32,000 nt of DNA from Mycobacterium tuberculosis H37Rv (GTDB taxonomy: Bacteria; Actinomycetota; Actinomycetes; Mycobacteriales; Mycobacteriaceae). The stretch lies in assembly GCF_000195955.2 (NCBI RefSeq), contig NC_000962.3:4110001-4142000 (forward strand). The letters run 5' to 3'. Numbering within the stretch: the first letter of the stretch is position 1; each line of letters starts with the position of its first letter. Positions 9,799 through 19,892 of this stretch are shown piece after piece. Below the pieces are notes generated by a model that made no database searches, had not been told where the DNA came from, and worked only from the letters and a program-made list of their open reading frames with translations. A program made the position numbers and the translations under genes.

Positions 9799-10955
9799 GT
9801 GTCACACCGAAGACCCTCGATATGGGCGCAATCCTGGCCGACACATCCAACCGGGTGGTTGTGTGCTGCGGCGCCGGTGGGGTCGGCAAGACCACTACCG
9901 CGGCCGCGCTGGCGTTGCGCGCGGCCGAGTATGGCCGCACTGTGGTCGTTTTGACGATTGACCCAGCCAAGCGATTGGCACAAGCACTGGGGATCAACGA
10001 TCTTGGCAACACACCACAACGCGTGCCATTGGCACCCGAGGTTCCCGGCGAGCTACACGCGATGATGCTCGACATGCGCCGCACGTTTGACGAAATGGTT
10101 ATGCAATACTCTGGACCCGAACGGGCGCAATCGATTCTGGACAACCAGTTCTATCAGACCGTCGCCACATCGCTTGCCGGCACCCAAGAGTACATGGCTA
10201 TGGAGAAGCTGGGCCAACTGCTAAGCCAGGACCGCTGGGACCTGATTGTGGTAGACACTCCGCCGTCGCGTAACGCGCTGGACTTCTTAGACGCGCCAAA
10301 GCGACTGGGCAGCTTCATGGATAGTCGGCTGTGGAGGCTGTTACTCGCTCCCGGCCGGGGCATCGGGCGGCTGATCACCGGCGTGATGGGATTGGCCATG
10401 AAGGCGTTGTCCACCGTGCTCGGTTCCCAGATGCTGGCCGACGCAGCAGCGTTCGTTCAATCGCTGGACGCCACGTTCGGTGGTTTCCGCGAGAAGGCAG
10501 ACCGCACTTACGCGTTGTTGAAACGGCGCGGCACCCAGTTCGTGGTGGTGTCGGCGGCCGAACCCGACGCACTGCGCGAGGCGTCCTTCTTCGTCGACCG
10601 GCTATCGCAGGAGAGCATGCCGCTAGCGGGGCTGGTCTTCAACCGCACGCACCCGATGCTGTGCGCATTGCCGATCGAGCGGGCAATCGACGCCGCCGAA
10701 ACGTTGGATGCCGAGACCACCGACTCCGACGCCACATCGCTGGCCGCAGCGGTGCTGCGTATCCATGCCGAGCGCGGGCAGACAGCCAAACGGGAGATCC
10801 GGCTGCTGTCCCGGTTCACCGGAGCCAACCCCACCGTGCCGGTCGTTGGGGTACCGTCGCTCCCGTTTGACGTCTCTGACCTGGAAGCGCTGCGGGCGCT
10901 CGCCGACCAGCTCACCACGGTCGGCAACGATGCGGGCCGCGCAGCGGGCCGCTGA
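9795..10955 (+). CDS. ArsA/Get3-like ATPase, subunit B (Rv3680-like)
   Basis: 386 aa with [27 protein letters not shown] and [19 protein letters not shown]. 4-bp overlap with the upstream paralog. Confidence 0.9.
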
Positions 10956-11053
10956 GGAACCGGCCCATCAGTGACGGTCGGCAACGATGCGGGCCGCGCA
11001 GCGGGCCGCTGAGGAACCGGCCCATCAGTGACGGTCGGCGACGATGCGGGCCG
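10917..11053 (+). repeat. 57-bp tandem repeat (VNTR-type): 2 full copies plus 23-bp partial
   Basis: acggtcggcaacgatgcgggccgcgcagcgggccgctgaggaaccggcccatcagtg begins at 10917 and again at 10974. A partial acggtcggcgacgatgcgggccg begins at 11031. Confidence 0.95.
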
Positions 11054-11076
11054 TACAACATCTGACCGGGATCCGG

Positions 11077-11118
11077 CTATTGGGCACAAGCCAGTTCCTA
11101 TTGGGCACAAGCCAATTA
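11077..11118 (+). repeat. Short tandem repeat, 2 x 21 bp (ctattgggcacaagcca[g/a]tt)
   Basis: Copies at 11077-11096 and 11098-11117 differ at one base. Confidence 0.85.
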
Positions 11119-11136
11119 GAAATGAATGGCTTTTGC
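11109..11136. terminator. Candidate stem-loop with T-rich 3' side, downstream of the ATPase pair and convergent with whiB4
   Basis: aagccaatt / aatggctt arms around agaaatg, then tttt. Confidence 0.4.
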
Positions 11137-11197
11137 TGTAACCAAACCGTAATCAGAAGCGACGGGACCGCGGCACCTATCCGCAGTCCCTGAGTGG

Positions 11198-11554
11198 CTA
11201 TCCGGCGGTGCCGGTGCGGCGCTTGCGCTTCTCAAGGTAGTCCGACCACGAAACCACCTCGGGATGTTGCTTGAGCAGAGCCCTGCGCTGGCGCTCGGTC
11301 ATGCCACCCCAAACACCGAACTCGACCTTGTTGTCCAGCGCATCTGCCGCACACTCTTGCATTACCGGACAGTGACGGCAGATCACCGCGGCCTTGCGTT
11401 GTGCGGCTCCTCGAACAAAGAGTTCGTCAGGGTCGGTAGTCCGGCACAGCGCCTTGGATACCCACGCGATCCGCTCTTCCGCGTCTACGCTGCGTACCAC
11501 GTTCTGTGCAGCCGTGAGGTTAGTCCTTCGAGCGGCTGGACGGGTTCCTGACAC
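11198..11554 (-). CDS. whiB4: WhiB-family Fe-S redox transcriptional regulator WhiB4
   Basis: ALCRTTDP...VICRHCPVMQECAADAL (C-Xn-CxxCxxxxxC) and GVWGGMTERQRR. GTG at 11554 gives 118 aa; maximal ORF to 11638. Confidence 0.93.
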   Translation of the reverse strand: MSGTRPAARRTNLTAAQNVVRSVDAEERIAWVSKALCRTTDPDELFVRGAAQRKAAVICRHCPVMQECAADALDNKVEFGVWGGMTERQRRALLKQHPEVVSWSDYLEKRKRRTGTAG

Positions 11555-11915
11555 GAGCTGATCCCTTCCTCCCGGCCGCCGTGTGCGACCGCCCTCCTCG
11601 GAAACAGCCGATGCTGCGAGCGACGCCACACCATGCACATCGGTGTTACCTGTATCTCACTGATCTGTATAAGTCAGGTGGTCGTGTGCCAATTGCGCAA
11701 CAGTACGATAACGCTTTTTTGGGACGAGCGTGCCGTCTTGTCTGGATCGGCCGGGGGAAATGCCGCCGCTTCGGTCCCGTTTACGGGGTCTGACCAGTGA
11801 CGCAGCCGCAAATATCGCGCCCGCCCCGATCCCGCAGTGACTCACCCGCCCGCGGAAAGATTCTATTGGACCGAGCGGCACGGTGGAGTGACAGGAGGTC
11901 GCTACTGTAGTACGC

Positions 11916-14348
11916 ATGCCCGAGCGCCTCCCGGCCGCGATCACCGTTCTGAAGCTGGCTGGGTGCTGTCTGTTGGCCAGTGTCGTCGCCACTGCGCTGA
12001 CGTTCCCGTTCGCAGGCGGGCTAGGGCTGATGTCCAATCGTGCCTCTGAGGTCGTTGCCAACGGCTCGGCCCAGCTGCTCGAGGGGCAAGTGCCTGCGGT
12101 ATCGACGATGGTCGACGCGAAGGGCAACACGATCGCGTGGCTGTACTCGCAGCGCCGGTTCGAGGTGCCCTCGGACAAGATCGCCAACACGATGAAGCTG
12201 GCGATCGTCTCGATTGAAGATAAGCGGTTCGCCGACCACAGCGGCGTGGACTGGAAGGGCACCCTGACCGGCCTGGCGGGCTACGCGTCCGGCGACCTCG
12301 ACACGCGCGGCGGCTCGACGCTCGAACAACAGTACGTGAAGAACTACCAACTGCTGGTGACAGCCCAAACCGATGCCGAGAAGCGAGCGGCCGTCGAAAC
12401 CACTCCGGCCCGCAAGCTTCGCGAGATCCGGATGGCACTCACGCTGGACAAGACCTTCACAAAATCTGAAATCCTGACCCGATACTTGAACCTGGTCTCG
12501 TTCGGCAATAACTCGTTCGGCGTGCAGGACGCGGCGCAAACGTACTTCGGCATCAACGCGTCCGACCTGAATTGGCAGCAAGCGGCGCTGCTGGCCGGCA
12601 TGGTGCAATCGACCAGCACGCTCAACCCGTACACCAACCCCGACGGCGCGCTGGCCCGGCGGAACGTGGTCCTCGACACCATGATCGAGAACCTTCCCGG
12701 GGAGGCGGAGGCGTTGCGTGCCGCCAAGGCCGAGCCGCTGGGGGTACTGCCGCAGCCCAATGAGTTGCCGCGCGGCTGCATCGCGGCCGGCGACCGCGCA
12801 TTCTTCTGCGACTACGTCCAGGAGTACCTGTCTCGGGCCGGGATCAGCAAGGAGCAGGTCGCCACGGGCGGGTACCTGATCCGCACCACCCTGGACCCAG
12901 AGGTGCAGGCACCGGTCAAGGCCGCCATCGACAAGTACGCCAGCCCGAACCTGGCCGGTATTTCCAGCGTGATGAGCGTGATCAAACCGGGTAAGGATGC
13001 GCACAAGGTGTTGGCCATGGCCAGTAACCGCAAATACGGGCTGGATCTAGAAGCCGGCGAAACCATGCGGCCGCAGCCATTCTCCCTGGTTGGCGACGGC
13101 GCCGGGTCTATCTTCAAGATCTTCACCACGGCCGCTGCTCTGGACATGGGCATGGGTATTAACGCCCAACTCGACGTGCCGCCCCGATTCCAGGCCAAAG
13201 GTCTGGGAAGTGGCGGGGCAAAGGGGTGCCCCAAAGAGACCTGGTGTGTGGTGAACGCCGGCAACTACCGCGGCTCGATGAATGTCACCGACGCGCTGGC
13301 AACCTCGCCAAACACCGCGTTCGCCAAGCTGATCTCGCAGGTCGGGGTGGGGCGTGCGGTCGATATGGCCATCAAACTCGGGCTGAGGTCTTATGCGAAT
13401 CCCGGCACCGCACGCGACTACAACCCCGACAGCAATGAGAGCTTGGCTGACTTCGTCAAACGACAGAACCTGGGTTCGTTCACCCTCGGCCCCATCGAGT
13501 TAAACGCGCTGGAGCTGTCCAACGTGGCGGCCACGTTGGCATCCGGCGGCGTGTGGTGCCCCCCCAACCCAATCGACCAGCTCATCGACCGCAACGGCAA
13601 CGAAGTCGCGGTCACCACCGAGACGTGCGACCAGGTGGTGCCCGCAGGGCTGGCGAACACCCTCGCCAACGCGATGAGCAAGGACGCCGTGGGCAGCGGC
13701 ACGGCGGCCGGTTCGGCCGGCGCGGCGGGCTGGGATCTGCCGATGTCCGGCAAAACCGGCACCACCGAGGCGCACCGGTCGGCCGGCTTCGTGGGCTTCA
13801 CCAACCGCTACGCGGCGGCGAACTACATCTACGACGACTCCAGCTCGCCGACAGATCTGTGTTCCGGCCCGCTGCGCCATTGCGGCAGCGGCGACTTGTA
13901 CGGCGGCAACGAGCCATCCCGCACCTGGTTCGCCGCGATGAAGCCGATCGCCAACAACTTCGGCGAAGTGCAGCTACCACCGACCGATCCACGCTATGTC
14001 GACGGCGCACCAGGCTCACGGGTACCAAGCGTGGCCGGTCTGGATGTCGACGCCGCACGCCAGCGCCTCAAGGACGCGGGCTTCCAGGTCGCCGACCAAA
14101 CCAACTCGGTCAACAGCTCCGCCAAGTATGGTGAGGTGGTCGGAACGTCGCCCAGCGGTCAAACAATTCCGGGTTCGATCGTCACGATCCAGATCAGCAA
14201 CGGCATCCCGCCGGCTCCGCCTCCGCCACCGCTGCCTGAGGATGGTGGGCCGCCACCGCCGGTCGGATCGCAGGTGGTGGAGATTCCGGGGCTGCCGCCG
14301 ATCACCATTCCGCTGCTGGCGCCACCACCCCCAGCGCCTCCCCCGTAG
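11916..14348 (+). CDS. ponA2: Class A penicillin-binding protein PonA2 (transglycosylase/transpeptidase with C-terminal PASTA domain)
   Basis: 810 aa. Transglycosylase motif SIEDKRFADHSGVDW; transpeptidase SIFK, SPN, KTGTTE; PASTA region VPSVAGLDVDAARQRLKDAGFQV; Pro-rich tail. Confidence 0.95.
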   Translation: MPERLPAAITVLKLAGCCLLASVVATALTFPFAGGLGLMSNRASEVVANGSAQLLEGQVPAVSTMVDAKGNTIAWLYSQRRFEVPSDKIANTMKLAIVSIEDKRFADHSGVDWKGTLTGLAGYASGDLDTRGGSTLEQQYVKNYQLLVTAQTDAEKRAAVETTPARKLREIRMALTLDKTFTKSEILTRYLNLVSFGNNSFGVQDAAQTYFGINASDLNWQQAALLAGMVQSTSTLNPYTNPDGALARRNVVLDTMIENLPGEAEALRAAKAEPLGVLPQPNELPRGCIAAGDRAFFCDYVQEYLSRAGISKEQVATGGYLIRTTLDPEVQAPVKAAIDKYASPNLAGISSVMSVIKPGKDAHKVLAMASNRKYGLDLEAGETMRPQPFSLVGDGAGSIFKIFTTAAALDMGMGINAQLDVPPRFQAKGLGSGGAKGCPKETWCVVNAGNYRGSMNVTDALATSPNTAFAKLISQVGVGRAVDMAIKLGLRSYANPGTARDYNPDSNESLADFVKRQNLGSFTLGPIELNALELSNVAATLASGGVWCPPNPIDQLIDRNGNEVAVTTETCDQVVPAGLANTLANAMSKDAVGSGTAAGSAGAAGWDLPMSGKTGTTEAHRSAGFVGFTNRYAAANYIYDDSSSPTDLCSGPLRHCGSGDLYGGNEPSRTWFAAMKPIANNFGEVQLPPTDPRYVDGAPGSRVPSVAGLDVDAARQRLKDAGFQVADQTNSVNSSAKYGEVVGTSPSGQTIPGSIVTIQISNGIPPAPPPPPLPEDGGPPPPVGSQVVEIPGLPPITIPLLAPPPPAPPP

Positions 14349-14416
14349 GCCCTCCCAATCGGCCTCGTGCCGCTGCAGACGCGCGATCAGACCTCGACCG
14401 GCAGTAGGCTGCGTGC

Positions 14417-15376
14417 ATGGCTGCTGTCTTGCCCACCTTGATCCGCACCGGCGCCGTGGCGTTGGGCTCGGCCATCGCCGGGATTGGTTACGCTGCGCTG
14501 GTCGAGCGCAATGCATTCGTCCTGCGCGAGGTGACCATGCCAGTCTTGACTCCGGGCTCCACACCGCTGCGGGTGCTGCACATCAGCGATCTGCATATGC
14601 TGCCCAACCAGCACCGCAAACAGGCCTGGCTGCGCGAGCTCGCCAGCTGGGAGCCGGATCTGGTCGTCAACACCGGTGACAACCTGGCTCACCCCAAGGC
14701 GGTGCCCGCCGTCGTCCAAACCCTGAGCGATCTGCTGTCCCGGCCGGGTGTCTTCGTGTTCGGCAGCAACGACTACTTTGGGCCGCGCCTGAAGAACCCA
14801 ATGAACTATCTGACCAGCCCGGATCACCGCGTCCGCGGAGCAGCGCTGCCCTGGCAGGATCTGCGGGCGGCGTTCACCGAACGTGGGTGGCTCGACCTAA
14901 CCCATACCCGCCGCGAGTTCGAAGTTGCCGGTCTGCACATCGCCGCTGCGGGCGTCGACGACCCGCATATCGACCGAGACCGCTACGACACCATCGCCGG
15001 CCCGGCCAGCCCGGCCGCCAACCTGCGGCTGGGGCTCACCCATTCACCGGAGCCGCGGGTGTTGGACCGCTTCGCCGCCGATGGTTACCAGTTGGTGCTG
15101 GCCGGCCACACCCACGGCGGGCAGCTGTGCCTGCCGTTGTACGGGGCGCTGGTCACTAACTGCGGTCTGGACCGCTCCCGGGCCAAAGGAGCGTCACACT
15201 GGGGTGCAAACATGCGGCTGCACGTCTCCGCCGGGATCGGCACTTCGCCGTTTGCGCCGGTGAGATTCTGCTGCCGGCCCGAAGCAACCCTGCTGACGTT
15301 GATCGCGACCCCAATGGGCGGGCGCGATTCGAGCAGCAACCTGGGCCGCTCACAGCCGACAGTGTCGGTGCGTTGA
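14417..15376 (+). CDS. Calcineurin-like metallophosphoesterase (Rv3683-like)
   Basis: 319 aa with [23 protein letters not shown] and [13 protein letters not shown]. Confidence 0.93.
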
Positions 15377-16479
15377 GCGGCGGGGCCTGTATCGCGGTCC
15401 GCAGCCTATCCCGGAGCTGGACGGACAACGCGATCCGGTTGATCGAGGCGGACGCCCGCCGTAGCGCCGACACCCACCTGCTGCGCTACCCACTGCCCGC
15501 TGCCTGGTGCACGGATGTCGACGTCGAGCTGTACCTCAAGGACGAGACGACCCATATCACCGGCAGTCTCAAACACCGGTTGGCACGTTCGTTGTTCCTC
15601 TATGCGCTATGCAACGGCTGGATCAACGAGAACACCACGGTGGTGGAGGCATCGTCGGGTTCAACGGCGGTGTCCGAGGCCTATTTCGCGGCGCTGCTGG
15701 GTCTGCCGTTCATCGCCGTGATGCCGGCCGCGACCAGCGCTTCCAAAATCGCGTTGATCGAATCACAAGGTGGCCGTTGTCATTTCGTCCAGAATTCAAG
15801 TCAAGTGTACGCCGAGGCGGAGCGCGTCGCCAAGGAAACCGGCGGCCACTATCTGGACCAGTTCACCAACGCGGAGCGCGCAACCGACTGGCGCGGCAAC
15901 AACAACATCGCCGAGTCGATCTACGTGCAAATGCGCGAAGAGAAGCACCCCACCCCGGAATGGATCGTCGTGGGTGCGGGCACCGGCGGAACCAGCGCGA
16001 CGATCGGCCGCTACATCCGCTACCGACGGCACGCGACCCGGCTGTGCGTCGTCGATCCGGAGAATTCCGCGTTCTTCCCCGCGTACTCCGAAGGCCGGTA
16101 CGACATCGTCATGCCCACATCGTCCCGTATCGAGGGCATCGGCCGGCCGCGGGTCGAGCCGTCGTTTCTGCCCGGTGTGGTCGACCGCATGGTGGCGGTC
16201 CCCGACGCGGCGTCGATCGCTGCCGCCCGGCATGTCAGCGCCGTTCTGGGGCGCCGAGTGGGACCGTCTACCGGCACCAACCTCTGGGGCGCGTTCGGAC
16301 TGCTCGCCGAGATGGTCAAGCAGGGCCGCAGCGGCTCGGTGGTCACACTGCTCGCCGACAGCGGCGATCGCTACGCCGACACCTACTTTTCCGACGAGTG
16401 GGTCAGTGCCCAGGGGCTCGATCCGGCCGGGCCGGCTGCGGCGCTGGTGGAATTCGAGCGCTCCTGTCGATGGACGTGA
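15373..16479 (+). CDS. cds1: PLP-dependent cysteine synthase-like enzyme; matches cysteine desulfhydrase Cds1 (Rv3684)
   Basis: [15 protein letters not shown]-Lys region, [41 protein letters not shown]. Start may be internal (TTG at 15439 gives 346 aa). Confidence 0.88.
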
Positions 16480-16540
16480 CGGTCGGACCTGCGGTTTGGC
16501 TAGTCAACGGTCCGGTGCGATAGGCTGTCGTGGCTTCAAG

Positions 16541-16614
<74 letters not shown>

Positions 16615-16808
16615 CCGAGAGATCGCTGACGACAGCCTTACCCGGCGCAGCGTGGTAGCTTGCTGCAGTCTGCTCGGGCGGCAGCGCCACCCTGACGGTG
16701 CTGGTTGACCATGCCGGACAGCACGTCAACGCACAGGCATTTCCAACGGAAGTTGTAGGTTACCGGCCGCCCTAAAACACGGTGCACTTTTCGTTAAAGG
16801 TTGTGGGT

Positions 16809-17297
16809 GTGGATCCAACGAAATTCGTTGCCCCGGCGTGGGCAGCGCCGTGTCCACAGGGGGACCCGCCGCGCATTACGCCTATGGGCCCACCCCCGTA
16901 CCGCGGGAGTTGGCTCTGCACCCCGAGCCAATCATGCTTCTCTCGGAGTCCGACGCGGGACTGGGACGACTCGCATGAGCCGGACGCCTCCTGCCTGACC
17001 CCCACCTGCTAGGAACGTAAACCGGGAGAGTTTCGTCGGAGCCAGAATTGGATTTCCTCCCCGAGCAATCGGCCCGAAACCGCGGGGTTGTTTCCGCCGA
17101 CCGTCGACAACATGTGGCGTGCGTTGGATGACTGGGAAATGTATCTCCACGACGCAGCGCCACAACTGCCGCTCTTGATCCGTTGCGCCCTGGTGCATTA
17201 CCAATTCGAGGCGATCGGGCCATTTCTCGACGGCAACGCACGACTCGGGCGTCTGTTCATCATCCTTTGCCTTGTTGCATTGGGACGGTTGCCGCTA
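16809..17297 (+). pseudogene. Decayed Fic-family gene (frameshift, in-frame stop, internal deletion, 3' truncation)
   Basis: Frame 3: VDPTKFVAPAWAA (16809 on). Frame 2: YGPTPVPRELALHPEPIMLLSESDAGLGRLA*AGRLLPDPHLLGT* (16883-17020). Frame 3 again: ERKPGEFRRSQNWISSPSNRPETAGLFPPTVDNMWRALDDWEMYLHDAAPQLPLLIRCALVHYQFEAIGPFLDGNARLGRLFIILCLVALGRLP (17013 on). Collinear with Fic proteins, with a degraded HPFxDGNGRxGR motif. Confidence 0.85.
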
Positions 17298-18725
17298 ACG
17301 GGCGGGGCGAAACCGCACCCGAGTGCCGCGGCGGGGCACAAGCATGATGGAGCGCCGCACGATCCGCTCTGGCTCGTCGTCGACGGCGGTGAACTCGCCC
17401 TCGCGCAGCAGCACGTGCAATACGGTGATCAACTCTCGCATCGAAAAGTTCGCACCCAGACAGCGTTTCACGCCGCCGCCGAACGGAACCCAGGCATAGG
17501 TTTGCGGCCGCGTACCGAGGAACCGCTCGGGGCGGAACTCGTGTGGGTGCTCATACACCTCGGCGCTGCGGTTGATCGCGATGATGTGGACCACGATTCG
17601 TGTGCCAGCCTCCACACGGTAACCGCCGATGGTTAGTGGTTGCGCGGCGACACGAGCCGTCAACGGCGCGGGCGGACGCACCCGCAACGTCTCGTTGATC
17701 ACCGCCGTCGTGAAGGCTTCCCCACCGCCAACGGCCTCCGCTCGCACGCGCCGCAACGCGTCCGGATGGTGCAGCAGCAAGTCGAACGCCCACGCCAACG
17801 TGGTCGCCGTGGTTTCATGCCCCGCCAGCACGAGGGTGATCAGATCGTCGCGGATCTCGCTGTCTGACAACTGTTCCCCGGACTCTCCGCGCGCGCTCAC
17901 GAGCAACGACAGGACGTCGTGTCGCTCGCCCAGGCGTGGATCGGCGCGCCGCTGCGCAATGAGCGCCATGACGACGTCGTCGATCTCGGTGTTGGCGCGG
18001 GCGCGTGCAGGCCAGACTCGTAGTGCGCCCAACCGACGCAGTGCGTAGCGCACGGTCAACTGCTCTGAAACACCAAGATTCAACAGCCGCTCGAACGGCC
18101 GGCCCAAGCGCCGGACCTCCTCGGGGTCGTCGACCCCGAATATGACCTTGACGATCACATCCAGCATCAGCGACCGCGCCACCGTCAACATCGCAAACGG
18201 ACGGTCAACCGGCCATGTATGCATCGCCGCGCGAGTGGAGTTCTCGATAATCGGAACGTAACGATCCAGCGCAGCGCCATGTAATGGCGGCGTCAAGAGT
18301 TTTCGACGTCGAAGATGCTCCGGCTCCTCCTGGACAAACATCGACCCCGACCCATAGATCGCCGCTGCCGGCCCCACCCCCTCGCCCCCGAGCAGGACGT
18401 CGGTGGGAGCGGTGAAAACCTCCTTGGCCAGCGCCGAGTCGGACACGATCGCAACGTCACCCAGGCTGAGAATGGGCATCGTCATGATCGGTCCGTACCG
18501 ACGGATCAGTCGCAGCATCCGGCGCTCGCCACCCGCCAGGTAGGCAACCGCGTAGGCGGCCGCGAAGGCCGCGCGAAATCCACGGGGCGCCGGCAAGCCC
18601 GGTGGGCCGCCCAAAGCATCCGGCGCGTGCTCCCGGCGAACCGCAAACGCTGCCACGCCTACGACAGAAGCACAGCGTTTCGGGTCGGTCAACGCAGCAG
18701 GGCTAGCAAGCGACCTCAGCACCAT
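17295..18725 (-). CDS. cyp137: Cytochrome P450 Cyp137
   Basis: LVLAGHETTATTLAWAF I-helix, ExxR region (ETLRV) and heme loop FGGGVKRCLGANF. Start MVLRSLASP at 18725 gives 476 aa; maximal ORF to 18917. Confidence 0.95.
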   Translation of the reverse strand: MVLRSLASPAALTDPKRCASVVGVAAFAVRREHAPDALGGPPGLPAPRGFRAAFAAAYAVAYLAGGERRMLRLIRRYGPIMTMPILSLGDVAIVSDSALAKEVFTAPTDVLLGGEGVGPAAAIYGSGSMFVQEEPEHLRRRKLLTPPLHGAALDRYVPIIENSTRAAMHTWPVDRPFAMLTVARSLMLDVIVKVIFGVDDPEEVRRLGRPFERLLNLGVSEQLTVRYALRRLGALRVWPARARANTEIDDVVMALIAQRRADPRLGERHDVLSLLVSARGESGEQLSDSEIRDDLITLVLAGHETTATTLAWAFDLLLHHPDALRRVRAEAVGGGEAFTTAVINETLRVRPPAPLTARVAAQPLTIGGYRVEAGTRIVVHIIAINRSAEVYEHPHEFRPERFLGTRPQTYAWVPFGGGVKRCLGANFSMRELITVLHVLLREGEFTAVDDEPERIVRRSIMLVPRRGTRVRFRPAR

Positions 18726-18750
18726 CGGTTCCCGAAGGTGCGGTCCGGCG

Positions 18751-19200
18751 CTACCGCGTCGAAAATCGCAGACCGCGCCAGCCGGTTGGGAATGAGGCCG
18801 TTTCACCGGCGGGCGTCCCGCGCAGCGTTTCGCCGCAGACCCTATGTTGGCCATGCGCGATATAGGCCACCCGGCACCAAGGTGCCATGACCGCCACAAC
18901 CAGGGCCGCGGCGGCAACCGCCAGGTGTCCGATCGTCAGCGCAACTAAACCCGCAACCAGCCCGACAGCCCACACGGCAGCCACCACCAGCCCCGGCACA
19001 TTGACACTCGCGGGGACGCTGCCGCTACCGCTTGGCTGCGGCGCGGATGCATGATCACCGGCGTCACTCCCGGTGTAGACCATGACCACTCCCAGCGATA
19101 AAAGGTTGCCGATCAAGGTAACCCATACAGGCCGTCGGCAGCCACCGGCGAACAGCTCTTCGAGGATGCCGTCAGGACATTGACAGCTACCAGACACCAT
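18751..19200 (-). CDS. Membrane hypothetical protein (Rv3686c-like), start uncertain
   Basis: ORF 18751-19251 has two hydrophobic segments (VWVTLIGNLLSLGVVMVY; VVAAVWAVGLVAGLVALTIG). MVSGSCQC start at 19200 suggested. Confidence 0.65.
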   Translation of the reverse strand: MVSGSCQCPDGILEELFAGGCRRPVWVTLIGNLLSLGVVMVYTGSDAGDHASAPQPSGSGSVPASVNVPGLVVAAVWAVGLVAGLVALTIGHLAVAAAALVVAVMAPWCRVAYIAHGQHRVCGETLRGTPAGETASFPTGWRGLRFSTR

Positions 19201-19322
19201 TTCCACACCGTCAAAATGTGGCGCGTGACACGCACGGCGGCACGCTGGCAACGTGGCGTGCGCCGCAGGCCTCGACTATCTGGTGCCGATCACAGCATGC
19301 ATGCTCGTCGGTTTGTACGGCG

Positions 19323-19691
19323 TTACCGGTCGATCCTGCCGCCCCGTACCCCAGTCAAGGCATCGTGGAGCGTGGAAAACAACCGAAAGGTCTTGTCCAG
19401 ACCCATCAGATGAATCGGCCTTCTGGTTACCGAACCCCGTGCAACCACCCCGAACTTGACGGATTGGCCTATCTTTTCGGATGTTGCCGCCAAAATCTTC
19501 AGCCCCACCGACCCCAGAAACTCCACCGCGGAAAGGTCGATGACTAGCGCCGTCGGATTGTCGGCCACAACTTCGCCGATGGCCTCTTCAAGTGCCGCAG
19601 CGGTGATCAAATCAATCTCACCACCGATGCTGAGCACGGCGACCCCGTTATGGTCGGCAACCGTGACGGTGATCGAGTCGGGAGCTGACAA
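19323..19691 (-). CDS. rsfB: STAS-domain anti-anti-sigma factor RsfB
   Basis: 122 aa with STAS pattern GVAVLSIGGEIDLITAAALEEAI...ALVIDLSAVEFLGSVGLKIL. Confidence 0.9.
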   Translation of the reverse strand: MSAPDSITVTVADHNGVAVLSIGGEIDLITAAALEEAIGEVVADNPTALVIDLSAVEFLGSVGLKILAATSEKIGQSVKFGVVARGSVTRRPIHLMGLDKTFRLFSTLHDALTGVRGGRIDR

Positions 19692-19892
19692 TGGCGATCC
19701 TCTTGTCCGAGCCGTCCGTGTGGTGAAAGCCTAGCCCGCCTGCGAACTGCGGCGGCGGCCCATCAGCGTAGGATTTGCCGGCTGCACACGACCTGTGTGC
19801 GGGCCGCAATCGCGGCGAAGGCGCTGGGGCGTGGGTGAATTGCCTAACAACCCTCGAGTGCGGACACGCATATAGCCTCCGTCGAAATTGGC

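Noticed and set aside
17088-17636. 182-aa ORF as one real gene
   Set aside because: Only the first part is Fic-like. After about 17297 it reads antisense through the cyp137 C-terminus, so it is a fortuitous fusion.
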